DNA of 63,893 nucleotides, the filler included, from Acetivibrio sp. (lineage in GTDB: Bacteria; Bacillota; Clostridia; Acetivibrionales; Acetivibrionaceae): the NCBI RefSeq assembly GCF_035371925.1. It is 6 parts of 6 records of this genome, joined end to end, with 100 filler letters (N's around TTAATTAATTAA, not from the genome) between each part and the next. Parts side by side here need not be neighbours in the genome. Positions count along the whole stretch, not along the records: positions 21,697 to 32,331 come from NZ_DAORXT010000096.1; positions 32,432 to 43,002 come from NZ_DAORXT010000097.1; 4 more parts are not named here. The stretch is one strand, 5' to 3'. The notes below the pieces were generated by a model. That model worked only from the letters and a program-made list of their open reading frames with translations. It did not search any database and had not been told where the DNA came from. Shown piece by piece: positions 30,930-41,498 of this stretch (position 1 is its first letter; each line of letters starts with the position of its first letter). The position numbers and the translations under genes were made by a program.

Positions 30930-32225
30930 TTAGCTTGATATGCTTTGACTTACGCCTTCATATTTTACGGTGATTTTTTCAAAAATCCAGCCACTGTTAA
31001 GAATCAAAAAGCAGAGTATAAGCACAATAAATTTGAAAGGCAGGCTGTAATCAATACCCATAAAGCATACTACCAAATATCCAGCCGCAATTCCCAACAC
31101 AATGGACCCCATAGAACATAGGGCAAATCTTACCTTCGGCATTTGAGCCGATTTTGCAATCCGAAGGCTCAACATCAAATCAACAAATCCTGTGATGATA
31201 AACGCCGTTAATATCCATGCAATTTTCAGAGTACTTTGAAGCATAGCGTCAAAGGGAGCATAGTTGGCTTTAATCTGAGAATTGCTCTGTCTTATCACTG
31301 CTTTTATTTTTTCAATATAAAATCCTATATCAAAGACATTATCCGGAGGTAAATACTCGCTGGGAACATAGAATTCAAACTTTACAATCCTCCATATGAA
31401 AAGCAAAATCCCTGCAAAGCCAAACATAATTAATAAATCCAAAGCTATTGTCAAAATATTTTTCCTTATCATTTCTTTAATGTATGAATCCCTAAGTTTG
31501 CTCCTGTAAAAACCAACCCTTTGCTTTAGAAAAGCCACAATATTTTTTATCAACAGATACATGCATACGAGACCAAGCAAAAGATATAACACATTTTCAA
31601 ACTGTTTAGTCACAATGTCATATCTTTCATAATTCCTCTCAGCATAGTTGTAAGCGGCCTTCCTCTTTAATGTTCTGTCTATGAGCTCTTTAATGGAAAA
31701 AACCACTCCGTATTTGTACCTAAGACCGTTTGCCATTAAATAATCAATGTTTTTGTCCGTCTCGAAAGATGTATAAGGTATGTATATTCTTTCATATCCG
31801 TCATCACTAAGGTCGGACAATACCCCTATGTCAGCATCATACACCCCTACAATTTTGTATTTTGTGTCCCCAAGGAAAAGCCTGTTGCCGATTATGTCCT
31901 CTGTCATATATAGCTTTCGCGCAAGCTCGCTGCTGACAACCGCAGCCTTTTCCCCGTTTTTTACCATGTTCGAGTCCAAAAACGTTCCCTTTTTCATTGT
32001 CATGCAAGGAAAGAAATTAATATAGTTTTCATCGGTCATAACTGCTTTTATATCCAATGACCTTTGACTTAATTCCGCCACAGCCGTAAATTCAAGCACA
32101 ATTGCCGCCGAAGTGTCTCCCTCGTTATAGTCTTCTATTATTTTTTTATAGTCCTTAAAAGTTATGCCCGGTTCACCGTTTTCTCCTATATAGACAGCCT
32201 CCACCCTTTTTTGTGTATCCCCCAT
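30930..32225 (-). CDS. MacB-like ABC permease, 5' end probably incomplete
   Basis: GTFLD...AAVVSSELARKLY...YKIVGVY periplasmic core plus C-terminal TM helices; close to the contig end. Confidence 0.6.
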   Translation of the reverse strand: MGDTQKRVEAVYIGENGEPGITFKDYKKIIEDYNEGDTSAAIVLEFTAVAELSQRSLDIKAVMTDENYINFFPCMTMKKGTFLDSNMVKNGEKAAVVSSELARKLYMTEDIIGNRLFLGDTKYKIVGVYDADIGVLSDLSDDGYERIYIPYTSFETDKNIDYLMANGLRYKYGVVFSIKELIDRTLKRKAAYNYAERNYERYDIVTKQFENVLYLLLGLVCMYLLIKNIVAFLKQRVGFYRSKLRDSYIKEMIRKNILTIALDLLIMFGFAGILLFIWRIVKFEFYVPSEYLPPDNVFDIGFYIEKIKAVIRQSNSQIKANYAPFDAMLQSTLKIAWILTAFIITGFVDLMLSLRIAKSAQMPKVRFALCSMGSIVLGIAAGYLVVCFMGIDYSLPFKFIVLILCFLILNSGWIFEKITVKYEGVSQSISS

Positions 32226-32331
32226 AATTTTTTTATCAAAAGTGGCTGTAAGGCTTCTTAAAACACTAACCAGACAATATAGTTTAGGTTTTCAAAGAGC
32301 TAATAGCTTGCAAAAAATTACAATATATACG

Positions 32332-32431
32332 NNNNNNNNNNNNNNNNNNNNNNNNNNNNNNNNNNNNNNNNNNNNTTAATTAATTAANNNNNNNNNNNNN
32401 NNNNNNNNNNNNNNNNNNNNNNNNNNNNNNN
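32332..32431. other. Artificial contig-joining linker
   Basis: N44-TTAATTAATTAA-N44. Confidence 0.97.
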
Positions 32432-32735
32432 ATACTATGTATAATATTTACGATTTTGATTTTGCCTCTCCAATACATAAATCTTCTATCTCAGTTTGCG
32501 TCATATCCAACTGCAATTAAGAAGCGTGTTTATGAATTACCGCAATATAAAGATTTTATTGCTTCGGTAGAACATAAATAAGTTTACTTGTCGCGTTGAT
32601 ATCGGTTTCGTTATTGGGTTGCTTGGTTAATTCCTTTTAGCTTAAAATAAGCTTACAAGGTTACCAGAAAAAAGTTGATTGGAATGAAAGCTTTGATTTA
32701 GAAAGTAAAGTTATAATAAAAGCAATATAAGGGAT

Positions 32736-33506
32736 GTGATTTATTTGGCCAGTCATTTTTCCAGTATTGGATTGCCTATAAAATCAGAAGAGGATTTTAT
32801 AGATTACTTCAAAAAAACTGTTCAAAACGGGCAGAGTATAAAAACTAAATGCGGTACATATTTAAAGTGGGATGTTCATAATGGAGTTGAATTATGGGCA
32901 CAGCTAAGTGAGCGAAATGAAGCAATAGGCTTAAATCCGCATTATTCAGGAAGTTCAAGGATGCAAGTGTCTTTGCAAAGTAAAAACAATCAACCAAATG
33001 ATACCATACTTGACGGTGGATTTTATGCTTTTTTGGGTGACAGCGATGAAAATAGGATGGGAGAAGGTATTCCCTTTGTTTTTGATGTTCCTGATTTTGC
33101 TGTCTATGAAGAAATAATTTTGCCGCAACTTGCTACTGTTCAAATTGCTGCATTTGCCCATGAAATATCCGTATTTGAATCTGAAACTGAATATTTTGAT
33201 TCGCAGGATTTGGAAATGAAATTTGCAGCAGAATCATTTATACCTTCGGGATTGTTTTCGCCAAACGGAGAAGCAAATAAATTTTTATCTGCTCAAGCTA
33301 TTTTCAGCGGTCGTATTTTGGAGTGTCAAAATAAGAAAAATGAGTTTACAGGCAATAATTACTGGTGGATAAAAGTTGGTTTGCTTGGCGGTGAAATTGA
33401 TGTTGTTTCGGATGTAAGTTTATTAGAAAGCCAAAGTGTTAAAGTTGGAGGAATTGTAACCGGCTCATTTTGGCTTTCCGGAAAAATTATAAGTAAAGCA
33501 AAATAA
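32736..33506 (+). CDS. Hypothetical protein (256 aa)
   Basis: Long globular-looking ORF; function not recognised. Confidence 0.7.
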   Translation: MIYLASHFSSIGLPIKSEEDFIDYFKKTVQNGQSIKTKCGTYLKWDVHNGVELWAQLSERNEAIGLNPHYSGSSRMQVSLQSKNNQPNDTILDGGFYAFLGDSDENRMGEGIPFVFDVPDFAVYEEIILPQLATVQIAAFAHEISVFESETEYFDSQDLEMKFAAESFIPSGLFSPNGEANKFLSAQAIFSGRILECQNKKNEFTGNNYWWIKVGLLGGEIDVVSDVSLLESQSVKVGGIVTGSFWLSGKIISKAK

Positions 33507-33577
33507 AATAAAATAAAGATTCCTTCTAGGAAAACTGCGGGATAAACAGATATTGAGTAAAGAAGGAGTAAGTTACA

Positions 33578-33984
33578 GTGAATTTAGAGCAATTAAAAAC
33601 TTATTTGAAGAACGAAGAAAGACAAGCATTTAAAGGCTGGGATTTTTCTTATATTGACGGTAGGTGCTCTAATGACGAGCTGCCGTGGGATTATAAGCAA
33701 ATTGTTTTAAGCTATTTGAAGTCTACTGACAAGTTATTGGATTTGGGAACTGGCGGTGGTGAATTTTTACTAACGCTAAACCATCCATACAATCTTACAA
33801 TAAATCTATATTCTACGACATGGGCGCATTGGTATACTACGCGAAAGTAATAGAGTGGGAATTTCCGGGGTTTTCTGTTGATACACACTTTGAGAACTTA
33901 TGCAAAGTCCATAATGAATTGATTGAAAATGGATATGTTTCGGGAATACAACACCGGTTTATAATTGTTGCAAAGAAGATGTAA
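33578..33984 (+). pseudogene. Class I SAM methyltransferase with internal deletion and frameshift
   Basis: N-part GWDFS...LLDLGTGGGE; C-part in another frame YDMGALVYYAKVIEWEFPGFSV...HRFIIVAKKM*. The middle of the domain is missing. Confidence 0.7.
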
Positions 33985-34034
33985 ATTGCAAAATGTTCGG
34001 CAACTTATGAGAATGTTCTGGGGGGAATAATGTT

Positions 34035-34904
34035 ATGGATTCAATAAGTATCGGAAAGCTGGATATAGCATTATTGAGTAGAAGCTGTGAAAAGCCAAAG
34101 CTGTTTGAAAAGGGTGAAGAACTGTTTTGGGATGATGAGCATATATCGAAAGGAATGTTGGAGGCACACTTAAATCCGGACTGGGATGCAGCAAGCAGAA
34201 AGTTCGAAACTATAAGAAAGTCATGTGATTGGATAATTCAAAAGCTTGGCTTGAAAGAATCGTCAGAGATTCTTGACTTGGGTTGCGGACCGGGATTGTA
34301 TTGCTCAATCTTTAGCGAAAAGGGATACAATGTGACGGGAATAGATTATTCGAAAAGATCCATTGACTATGCTCAAAATTATGCGAAGGAAAAGAATTTA
34401 AGCATTGAGTACAGGTATATGAATTACTTGGATATGGATTTTGAAGAGAAGTTTGACATTGTAATGATGATTTACTATGATTTTGCGGTTTTGCCGTATG
34501 AAGATAGGGATAAACTGCTGGGAAAAATAAAAAGGGCATTAAAGCAGAAGGGGCATTTTATTTTTGATGTGATGACACCTAAAGCCAAAAAGGAACCGTC
34601 AAAGAACTGGTCAATAAATACCGATGGAGGCTTTTGGAAACCAAATCCGTACATGGAGCTATTTGAGTCATTTGAGTATGAAGAAAATGTTGTATTAAGT
34701 CAGCATACGATTATTGAGGAGAATGGAAAGGTTAGCATATATAGATTATGGGATAAGCACTATGCACCGGAAGAGCTTCAAGAGATTATGATTAAAAATG
34801 GGTTTCGGATAAAAGAGGTTTTTTCCGATTTTACCGGCAAGGAATATACGGATGATAGCGAATCAATTGCAATTATTGCAGAGAATATGGAGAAAGAGAG
34901 ATGA
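34035..34904 (+). CDS. Class I SAM-dependent methyltransferase
   Basis: ILDLGCGPGLY, VTGIDYS, FIFDV. Confidence 0.85.
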   Translation: MDSISIGKLDIALLSRSCEKPKLFEKGEELFWDDEHISKGMLEAHLNPDWDAASRKFETIRKSCDWIIQKLGLKESSEILDLGCGPGLYCSIFSEKGYNVTGIDYSKRSIDYAQNYAKEKNLSIEYRYMNYLDMDFEEKFDIVMMIYYDFAVLPYEDRDKLLGKIKRALKQKGHFIFDVMTPKAKKEPSKNWSINTDGGFWKPNPYMELFESFEYEENVVLSQHTIIEENGKVSIYRLWDKHYAPEELQEIMIKNGFRIKEVFSDFTGKEYTDDSESIAIIAENMEKER

Positions 34905-35677
34905 AAGAGATTATGGAATTTGATAAAGCAAAAATATTGGAAATTGTAAGAAAGCAATTGGCAATTGATATGAACTGCGATCCGGACGATTTTATTAATG
35001 ATGGTATAGTATTTTGTGAAGCAAAGCTAAATGAAGGTAGGAGAATGTTTGACAGGCAATCTCCTTTTCTTGAAATTGCAACTATGGGTAGAGGCATAGT
35101 TGTTTCGGCAGACAGTGAGATTTTGGCAAAGGTAAAGCCTTTATTGGAAAATAAAACAAGGGAAGATGTATTTGTAGCACCCTTTATATTCGGACATACC
35201 ATTTACTATGTTCCTAATTTAGGCAGACTAAAAAAGTTGCCTTTGCCTTCAGGTTTTAGCTATTACATAAAAGAGGGAAAAGAGATACATGATTTATATC
35301 AGTTTCCGGGCTTTGAAAATGCAATCCAATATGACAAAAACCATCCCAGGCCGGATGTAATTGCAGTATATGCAATGTATGATAATGAAATCGTAGCAAT
35401 GGCAGGAGCATCGGCCGACAGTGGTTTAATGTGGCAAATAGGTATTGATGTGTTACCGGGATTTAGGAAAAAAGGACTTGCGGCATGCTTGGTAAGCAAC
35501 CTTGCAATAATGATCATGGAGCGGGGAGTATTACCTTATTATGGAACTGCTTCGTCGAATATAGCATCACAAGCTGTTGCATACAGAAGCGGATTTATTC
35601 CAACGTGGATGTGTTCATATAAAAATATTTTTGACGGTAAAGCGCCTTATGATAATGACATAAAGATTATTTTTTAG
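34901..35677 (+). CDS. GNAT-family acetyltransferase
   Basis: QIGIDVLPGFRKKGLA acetyl-CoA motif; NIASQAVAYRSGF. Confidence 0.85.
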   Translation: MKEIMEFDKAKILEIVRKQLAIDMNCDPDDFINDGIVFCEAKLNEGRRMFDRQSPFLEIATMGRGIVVSADSEILAKVKPLLENKTREDVFVAPFIFGHTIYYVPNLGRLKKLPLPSGFSYYIKEGKEIHDLYQFPGFENAIQYDKNHPRPDVIAVYAMYDNEIVAMAGASADSGLMWQIGIDVLPGFRKKGLAACLVSNLAIMIMERGVLPYYGTASSNIASQAVAYRSGFIPTWMCSYKNIFDGKAPYDNDIKIIF

Positions 35678-35748
35678 TAATATGACATATGGGACATTTA
35701 AGAGCTTAGTTGAAATTGATTGAAAGAAACATATGAAAGGATAGTAAT

Positions 35749-36405
35749 TTGATGAATGAGTGGAAGAGCTATGAATGGCTGGTAACTAAAATTTTTCATG
35801 ACGAGAGGAATTCGATTGATATTGATGTCAAATACAACCAAAAAATTAGAGGTAAATTTAGTGGTCAATTACGTCAAATAGACATCTTGATTAAAGAAAA
35901 ATGTGATAATGATGAATTCATTACCATTGTAGATTGTAAACACCATAATGGCAAAATAGATATTAAAGGTGTAGAAGAGTTTTTGGGAATGTGTGAGGAT
36001 GTCGAGGCAAAAAACGGGATTTTAATATCAAAGGATGGATTTACTTCTGGGGCTGTTAGACGAGTGAGTCATCGAGACGACATTAAGCTTGAAACTATAG
36101 ATTGGAAGACAGCTTATCAAAAAGCCGAAGAAGCATATATCTATAATACAATATCTGATTTATGCTATGTATGTACAAATCCTGAAGATAAAGGTAAATC
36201 TATACCGGGAATTATATTATGGGAGCTAGGTTGGGGTGTAGAAATTGAAGGAATAGTATATATGTTTGGATTTGGTGAGTGCTTAAAGTGTAACGCCAAG
36301 CATTTATATTGCAACTCTTGTGGGGCTACAAGCCATGTTTTGGAAAATAAATATGTTTGTGAGTGTTGTGGCAAGGATTATAGCCCATTTATAGTACTCA
36401 AATAA
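35749..36405 (+). CDS. PD-(D/E)xK restriction-endonuclease-like (Mrr_cat) protein with a Cys-rich C-terminus
   Basis: RQIDIL...IVDCKH...GILISKDGFTSGA; four CxxC-type pairs (CYVC, CLKC, CNSC, CECC). Confidence 0.7.
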   Translation: MMNEWKSYEWLVTKIFHDERNSIDIDVKYNQKIRGKFSGQLRQIDILIKEKCDNDEFITIVDCKHHNGKIDIKGVEEFLGMCEDVEAKNGILISKDGFTSGAVRRVSHRDDIKLETIDWKTAYQKAEEAYIYNTISDLCYVCTNPEDKGKSIPGIILWELGWGVEIEGIVYMFGFGECLKCNAKHLYCNSCGATSHVLENKYVCECCGKDYSPFIVLK

Positions 36406-36701
36406 TTTCATCCACTTCTTAAGTGTCCTTTTCGCAGTTTCTGAAAAAGATTCTTTCCTTGAATAAACTTAAAGTAAAAAAAGAATTAGACTTAAAAATT
36501 CATGTCTTGATATGTTTGCATAAGTAAAAAATGCAGACAAAATATGCCATGCATATCTTTAAATAAACATTTTATATTGATTTTGGATATTATAATATAT
36601 ATAAGTGATGTCAAAAATTCTAAATAAGAAAGCCTGCCGGTATGGAATTATTTAAGTATTTTCAGCAATTTATTGGAATTAGTATGCGATAAAAATTTTT
36701 C

Positions 36702-36757
36702 TTGACAAATGAAAAAATCGTCATATAATTAAATCTAGATGTTTACTATAAGTAAAC
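36702..36757 (+). promoter_or_regulatory. sigmaA promoter and palindromic operator of the pot operon
   Basis: TTGACA (36702-07), 16-bp spacer, TATAAT (36724-29); GTTTACT-ATA-AGTAAAC at 36741-57. Confidence 0.7.
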
Positions 36758-36820
36758 TTTTGGTTTAGTAAAACTGAATTTAATGATTGTCATTCTTAAT
36801 TTTTTACGGGATGTGTATGT

Positions 36821-37360
36821 ATGGAGATTGGCGCAAAAATAAGGCAGCTTAGAATCACTAATCAAATGACACAGGAGGAGTTGGCTGACAGGGCAGAGCT
36901 TTCAAAAGGGTTTATCAGCCAGATTGAAAACGACCTTACTTCACCGTCTATTACAACATTGGTTGACATTCTCCAGTGTCTTGGCACAGATTTAAAGACT
37001 TTTTTTAGTGATTCTGAGGACAAACAAATAATTTTTAAAGAGAAGGACTATTTCAGTAAAACGGATAACGAACTGAAAAATACTATAGAATGGGTTGTAC
37101 CTAATTCACAGAAGAATGCCATGGAGCCCATCCGTATGACTCTCTTGCCGGGGGGCAGGTCCTTGGAAGACCAACCCCATGAAGGAGAAGAATTCGGCTA
37201 TGTGGTGAAAGGAAGCATTGAAGTACACATAGGTAATGAGTGTTATCGGGTTAATGAAGGAGAGTCTTTCTATTTTGAATCAACAAGAAAGCATTATATA
37301 GTAAATGTGGGAGAAAGCGAGGCTCAAGTGATTTGGGTCAGTGCGCCCCCAACTTTTTAG
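36821..37360 (+). CDS. XRE-HTH plus cupin regulator (PuuR-like)
   Basis: TQEELADRAELSKGFISQIE; HEGEEFGYV cupin motif. Confidence 0.88.
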   Translation: MEIGAKIRQLRITNQMTQEELADRAELSKGFISQIENDLTSPSITTLVDILQCLGTDLKTFFSDSEDKQIIFKEKDYFSKTDNELKNTIEWVVPNSQKNAMEPIRMTLLPGGRSLEDQPHEGEEFGYVVKGSIEVHIGNECYRVNEGESFYFESTRKHYIVNVGESEAQVIWVSAPPTF

Positions 37361-37369
37361 GAGGTTGCC

Positions 37370-38428
37370 GTGGAGAAAAATGTTATTATTAGGTTAGAAA
37401 ATGTTACAAAAAGTTTCGAAGACCAAGTGGTTTTGAAAAACATCACTTTGGATGTAGAAAAGAACGAATTTCTTACCCTCCTTGGGCCTAGTGGTTGCGG
37501 TAAGACCACAACTTTAAGACTGATAGGGGGATTTGAAAAGCCTGATGAAGGTATTATTTTGCATCAGGGAAAGGACATCAGCAATGTACCGCCTTACAAA
37601 AGAAACATTAATACGGTGTTTCAAAAATATGCTCTTTTCCCCCATTTGAATGTGTATGAGAATATAGCTTTTGGCCTCAATATAAAAAAGATGAACAAAA
37701 GCCTGATTAAGGAAAAGGTGGAAAAAGCTTTAAAACAAGTGAATTTGGTTGGGTACGAGAATCGAAGAATTGAGCAACTCTCCGGCGGCCAACAGCAGAG
37801 GGTTGCCATTGCCCGCGCAATTGTTAATGAGCCGGAAATTCTTTTACTGGATGAACCTCTTGGCGCATTGGATTTGAAATTGCGTCAAGAAATGCAATAT
37901 GAACTTAAGACCCTTCAAAAAGAGCTGGGAATAACCTTTGTTTATGTAACTCATGACCAGGAAGAGGCTCTTACAATGAGCGATACGGTTGTGGTTATGA
38001 ACAATGGTGTTATTCAGCAGAAGGGCTCTCCAGAAGATATTTATAATGAACCGGTTAATGCTTTTGTTGCGGACTTTATAGGTGAGAGCAACATTATCGA
38101 CGGTATTATGAAGCAGGACGGGGTTCTTGAAATTTTTGGCCGTATCTATGAATGTGTGGACAAGGGGTTTGCCATCAATGAGAATGTGGATGTTGTGGTA
38201 AGACCTGAAGACATAAAGCTCTTGGAACCTTCGGAAAATAAAATAAACGGTCAAGTGACTTCCTGTATCTTTAAAGGTGTTCACTACGAGACTTGTGTAA
38301 TGACAGACGGCTTTGAATGGGTTATACACAATACAAAGAACTTTAAACCCGGTGAGCAGGTTAGCATCAATGTTGATCCTTTTGATATTCATATTATGAA
38401 GAAGATGGCGAAGGAGACGGAAGAATGA
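37370..38428 (+). CDS. potA: Spermidine/putrescine ABC ATPase
   Basis: [30 protein letters not shown]. Confidence 0.92.
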   Translation: MEKNVIIRLENVTKSFEDQVVLKNITLDVEKNEFLTLLGPSGCGKTTTLRLIGGFEKPDEGIILHQGKDISNVPPYKRNINTVFQKYALFPHLNVYENIAFGLNIKKMNKSLIKEKVEKALKQVNLVGYENRRIEQLSGGQQQRVAIARAIVNEPEILLLDEPLGALDLKLRQEMQYELKTLQKELGITFVYVTHDQEEALTMSDTVVVMNNGVIQQKGSPEDIYNEPVNAFVADFIGESNIIDGIMKQDGVLEIFGRIYECVDKGFAINENVDVVVRPEDIKLLEPSENKINGQVTSCIFKGVHYETCVMTDGFEWVIHNTKNFKPGEQVSINVDPFDIHIMKKMAKETEE

Positions 38429-39252
38429 ATAGAAAATGGCTGGCTACCCCTTATCTGATTTGGATGGTTGTCTTTATTGTGGTTCCTTTAGTTATGATCT
38501 TTTATTATGCTTTTACAGTAAAAGATGCAAACGGAACTAGATTTGCTTTAGACCATCTGATGAAGTCTTTTGACAGCAAATATATGGTGGCTTTGGGAAA
38601 ATCCTTTCTATATGCGTTTATAGCAACAGTCATCTGCCTGATTTTGGCTTATCCGTTGGCTTTGATTTTGGTTAAGCGCAACAAGGGAGGAGCTGCCATG
38701 CTGTTCATCTTCATTTTACCTATGTGGATGAACTTTCTCCTTAGGACTTACGCATGGCTGTCATTGTTGGAGACTAACAACGGGCTTTTAAATACAGTTT
38801 TGAGGGCTCTTCATTTGCCCGTTTTGGATATTATCGGAACTCCAAAAGCTATTGTACTTGGTATGGTTTACAACTTTTTGCCCTTTATGGTATTGCCCAT
38901 ATACAACGCGCTGGCTAAAATAGACAATTCTATTATGGAGGCGGCATATGATTTGGGCGCCAATGATTTTAAGAGATTGCTGAAAGTGACCATTCCACTT
39001 AGCATGCCTGGGGTAATGAGCGGGATAACAATGGTATTTATGCCGGCGGTGACATCTTTCGTTATTCCAAATTTGCTGGGCAGCGGTAAAGTTAATTTGA
39101 TTGGCAATATAATTGAGCAGCAGTTTTTGTTGACTTATGATTGGGGATTTGGAGCAGCTCTCTCCATTATATTGATGATAATAATTTTAATCTCTATGGC
39201 TATTATGCAAAGAAGCGATGAGGATATGGAAGGTGGTGCAGGATTATGGTAA
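38425..39252 (+). CDS. potB: Spermidine/putrescine ABC permease
   Basis: [21 protein letters not shown]. Confidence 0.9.
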   Translation: MNRKWLATPYLIWMVVFIVVPLVMIFYYAFTVKDANGTRFALDHLMKSFDSKYMVALGKSFLYAFIATVICLILAYPLALILVKRNKGGAAMLFIFILPMWMNFLLRTYAWLSLLETNNGLLNTVLRALHLPVLDIIGTPKAIVLGMVYNFLPFMVLPIYNALAKIDNSIMEAAYDLGANDFKRLLKVTIPLSMPGVMSGITMVFMPAVTSFVIPNLLGSGKVNLIGNIIEQQFLLTYDWGFGAALSIILMIIILISMAIMQRSDEDMEGGAGLW

Positions 39253-40040
39253 AAAAAGGTATAGAGAGACTTTATTTGGGACTTATAATGCTTTTCCTTT
39301 ATGCACCAATACTGACATTGATAGTATTTTCCTTCAATGACTCAAAATCAAGGGCTAAATGGGGAGGCTTTACTTTGAAATGGTATAAGAATATGCTAAA
39401 TGACCCCATGATTTCAAAGTCCCTTTATTATACTTTGCTGATAGCTTTGCTGGCGTCAGTTATAGCTACAATTATAGGTACTTTGGCAGCCATCGGTATT
39501 CATGTGATGAAAAAGAAGACAAAATCGGTGATTTTGAATGTGACATATCTACCGGTTTTAAATGCGGATATCGTTACGGGAATTGCTTTTATGTTGTTCT
39601 TTGTGGCAATTGGATTAAAGCTTGGATTCACATCCATGCTGATTGCCCATATAACATTTAACATACCCTATGTGATATTGAGCATTTTACCCAAGTTAAG
39701 CTCGTTGAATAAATACACATATGAGGCGGCACTGGATTTGGGCGCATATCCGATGCAAGCCATTTGGAAGGTTATTATTCCTGAGATTATGCCCAACATC
39801 ATTACAGGGTTTTTATTGGCATTTACATTGTCACTGGATGATTTTGTAATCAGCTATTTTACAACCGGTGGGGGAGTAACCAACCTTTCCATAACCATAT
39901 ACACCATGACAAGAAGGGGTATAAAACCTGAAATCAATGCGGTATCAACTGTGTTGTTCTTGTCCATATTAATATTGCTCTTAATAATAAATAAACGTAC
40001 TGACAGAAATACAAAGAAATTGGGAGGAATAAATATATGA
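39246..40040 (+). CDS. potC: Spermidine/putrescine ABC permease
   Basis: FLYAPI...FSFN, EAALDLGA, SLDDFVIS, PEINA. Confidence 0.9.
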   Translation: MVKKGIERLYLGLIMLFLYAPILTLIVFSFNDSKSRAKWGGFTLKWYKNMLNDPMISKSLYYTLLIALLASVIATIIGTLAAIGIHVMKKKTKSVILNVTYLPVLNADIVTGIAFMLFFVAIGLKLGFTSMLIAHITFNIPYVILSILPKLSSLNKYTYEAALDLGAYPMQAIWKVIIPEIMPNIITGFLLAFTLSLDDFVISYFTTGGGVTNLSITIYTMTRRGIKPEINAVSTVLFLSILILLLIINKRTDRNTKKLGGINI

Positions 40041-41101
40041 AAAAAATTGTATTGTTATTGACTGTGCTGATATTTGTATTTACCGGTTGTGCCAACAATG
40101 CTGGAAATGACCCCAACAAGCCTTTGGCAGGTACGACTATTTATGTCTACAATTGGGGAGATTATATTGCTGAAGACACTATTGAGCTTTTTACAAAAGA
40201 AACAGGTATTAAGGTTATTTATGAAACTTTTGATTCCAATGAAACCATGTATGCAAAATATAAGTCCGGTGCTGTAAATTACGATGTAATGATTCCGTCC
40301 GACTATATGATTGAAAAGTTGATTGCGGAAGATGAACTGTTGCCTTTGAATTTTGACAATATTCCTAATTACAAGTATATAGACAGCACATTCAAAAATT
40401 TGCCCTATGACCCGGATAATACTTATTCTGTGCCATATTTCTGGGGTACCCTTGGAATACTTTACAATACAAAAATGGTGGATGAAGAGGTTGATTCTTG
40501 GGATATCCTCTGGGACAGCAAATATAAGGGAAAAATCATAATGATGGATTCGGTAAGAGATTCCTTTGCAGTAGCCCTTAAGAGATTGGGATATTCTCTA
40601 AACAGTGCTGATAAGGCACAGGTGGATGAAGCTGTGGCAAGCTTGATAGAGCAGGGTCCGTTGGTTCAGGCTTATGTAATGGATCAGGTAAAAGACAAGA
40701 TGATTGGTGAAGAGGGAGCTTTGGCAGTAATCTATTCCGGTGAAGCAGTTTATACTTCCGAGTACAATGAGAATTTGGCATATGCTGTTCCGAAAGAAGG
40801 TACCAATTTCTTTGTTGATGCCATGGTTATTCCGAAGACTTCCAAAAACAAAGAAGCAGCAGAGGCTTTCATCAATTTTATGAACGACCCTCAGATTGCT
40901 TTCAACAATACTAATTATGTTGGGTATTCCACACCACATACGGAGGCAAAAGCCATGTTGGATGAAGAAATACGCAACAACCCGGCAGCTTATCCTCCAC
41001 AAGAGATTGTCGACAAGTGTGAAGTTTTTGTAGACCTTGGTCCTGAGATGACAGCTTATTATAATGACAAATGGAACGAGTTAAAAGCGTCTTTGCGTTA
41101 G
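40037..41101 (+). CDS. potD: Spermidine/putrescine-binding lipoprotein
   Basis: Lipobox FTGC; YNWGDYI, PSDYM, PYFWGTLG. Confidence 0.9.
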   Translation: MKKIVLLLTVLIFVFTGCANNAGNDPNKPLAGTTIYVYNWGDYIAEDTIELFTKETGIKVIYETFDSNETMYAKYKSGAVNYDVMIPSDYMIEKLIAEDELLPLNFDNIPNYKYIDSTFKNLPYDPDNTYSVPYFWGTLGILYNTKMVDEEVDSWDILWDSKYKGKIIMMDSVRDSFAVALKRLGYSLNSADKAQVDEAVASLIEQGPLVQAYVMDQVKDKMIGEEGALAVIYSGEAVYTSEYNENLAYAVPKEGTNFFVDAMVIPKTSKNKEAAEAFINFMNDPQIAFNNTNYVGYSTPHTEAKAMLDEEIRNNPAAYPPQEIVDKCEVFVDLGPEMTAYYNDKWNELKASLR

Positions 41102-41126
41102 TTATTTAACAGAAAGATGAACAGAA

Positions 41127-41173
41127 TTTCTCGAAAAGAAAAATGAAGATAAAACATTTTTCTTTTCGAGAAA
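41127..41173. terminator. 19-bp perfect inverted repeat after potD
   Basis: TTTCTCGAAAAGAAAAATG and CATTTTTCTTTTCGAGAAA with a 9-nt loop. Confidence 0.55.
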
Positions 41174-41498
41174 ATATATTTTTGGCTATATTAAATTCTT
41201 TAGTCATTATTATCTTTTCATATTAAAGTATACCTATCTTTGCATTTTTTCTCCGATAACTTTTATAATCAGCCATTAAAATCATATTCAAGTGTTTTTT
41301 AAAACTTACTATATTTTTTTAAAAATTTTTAGTGTAAAATAAGGGTATTAAAGGCATATCGTGGCGTTATATAAAATATTAAGTTTTTAGCTTTACGATT
41401 GGCACTAAATCTTTTGCAACATAACGCAATATACATAAAAAAATACATTAATTTTACGATATGTCCGTCAAAATTCTAATAATTAATGGGGGGAATTT

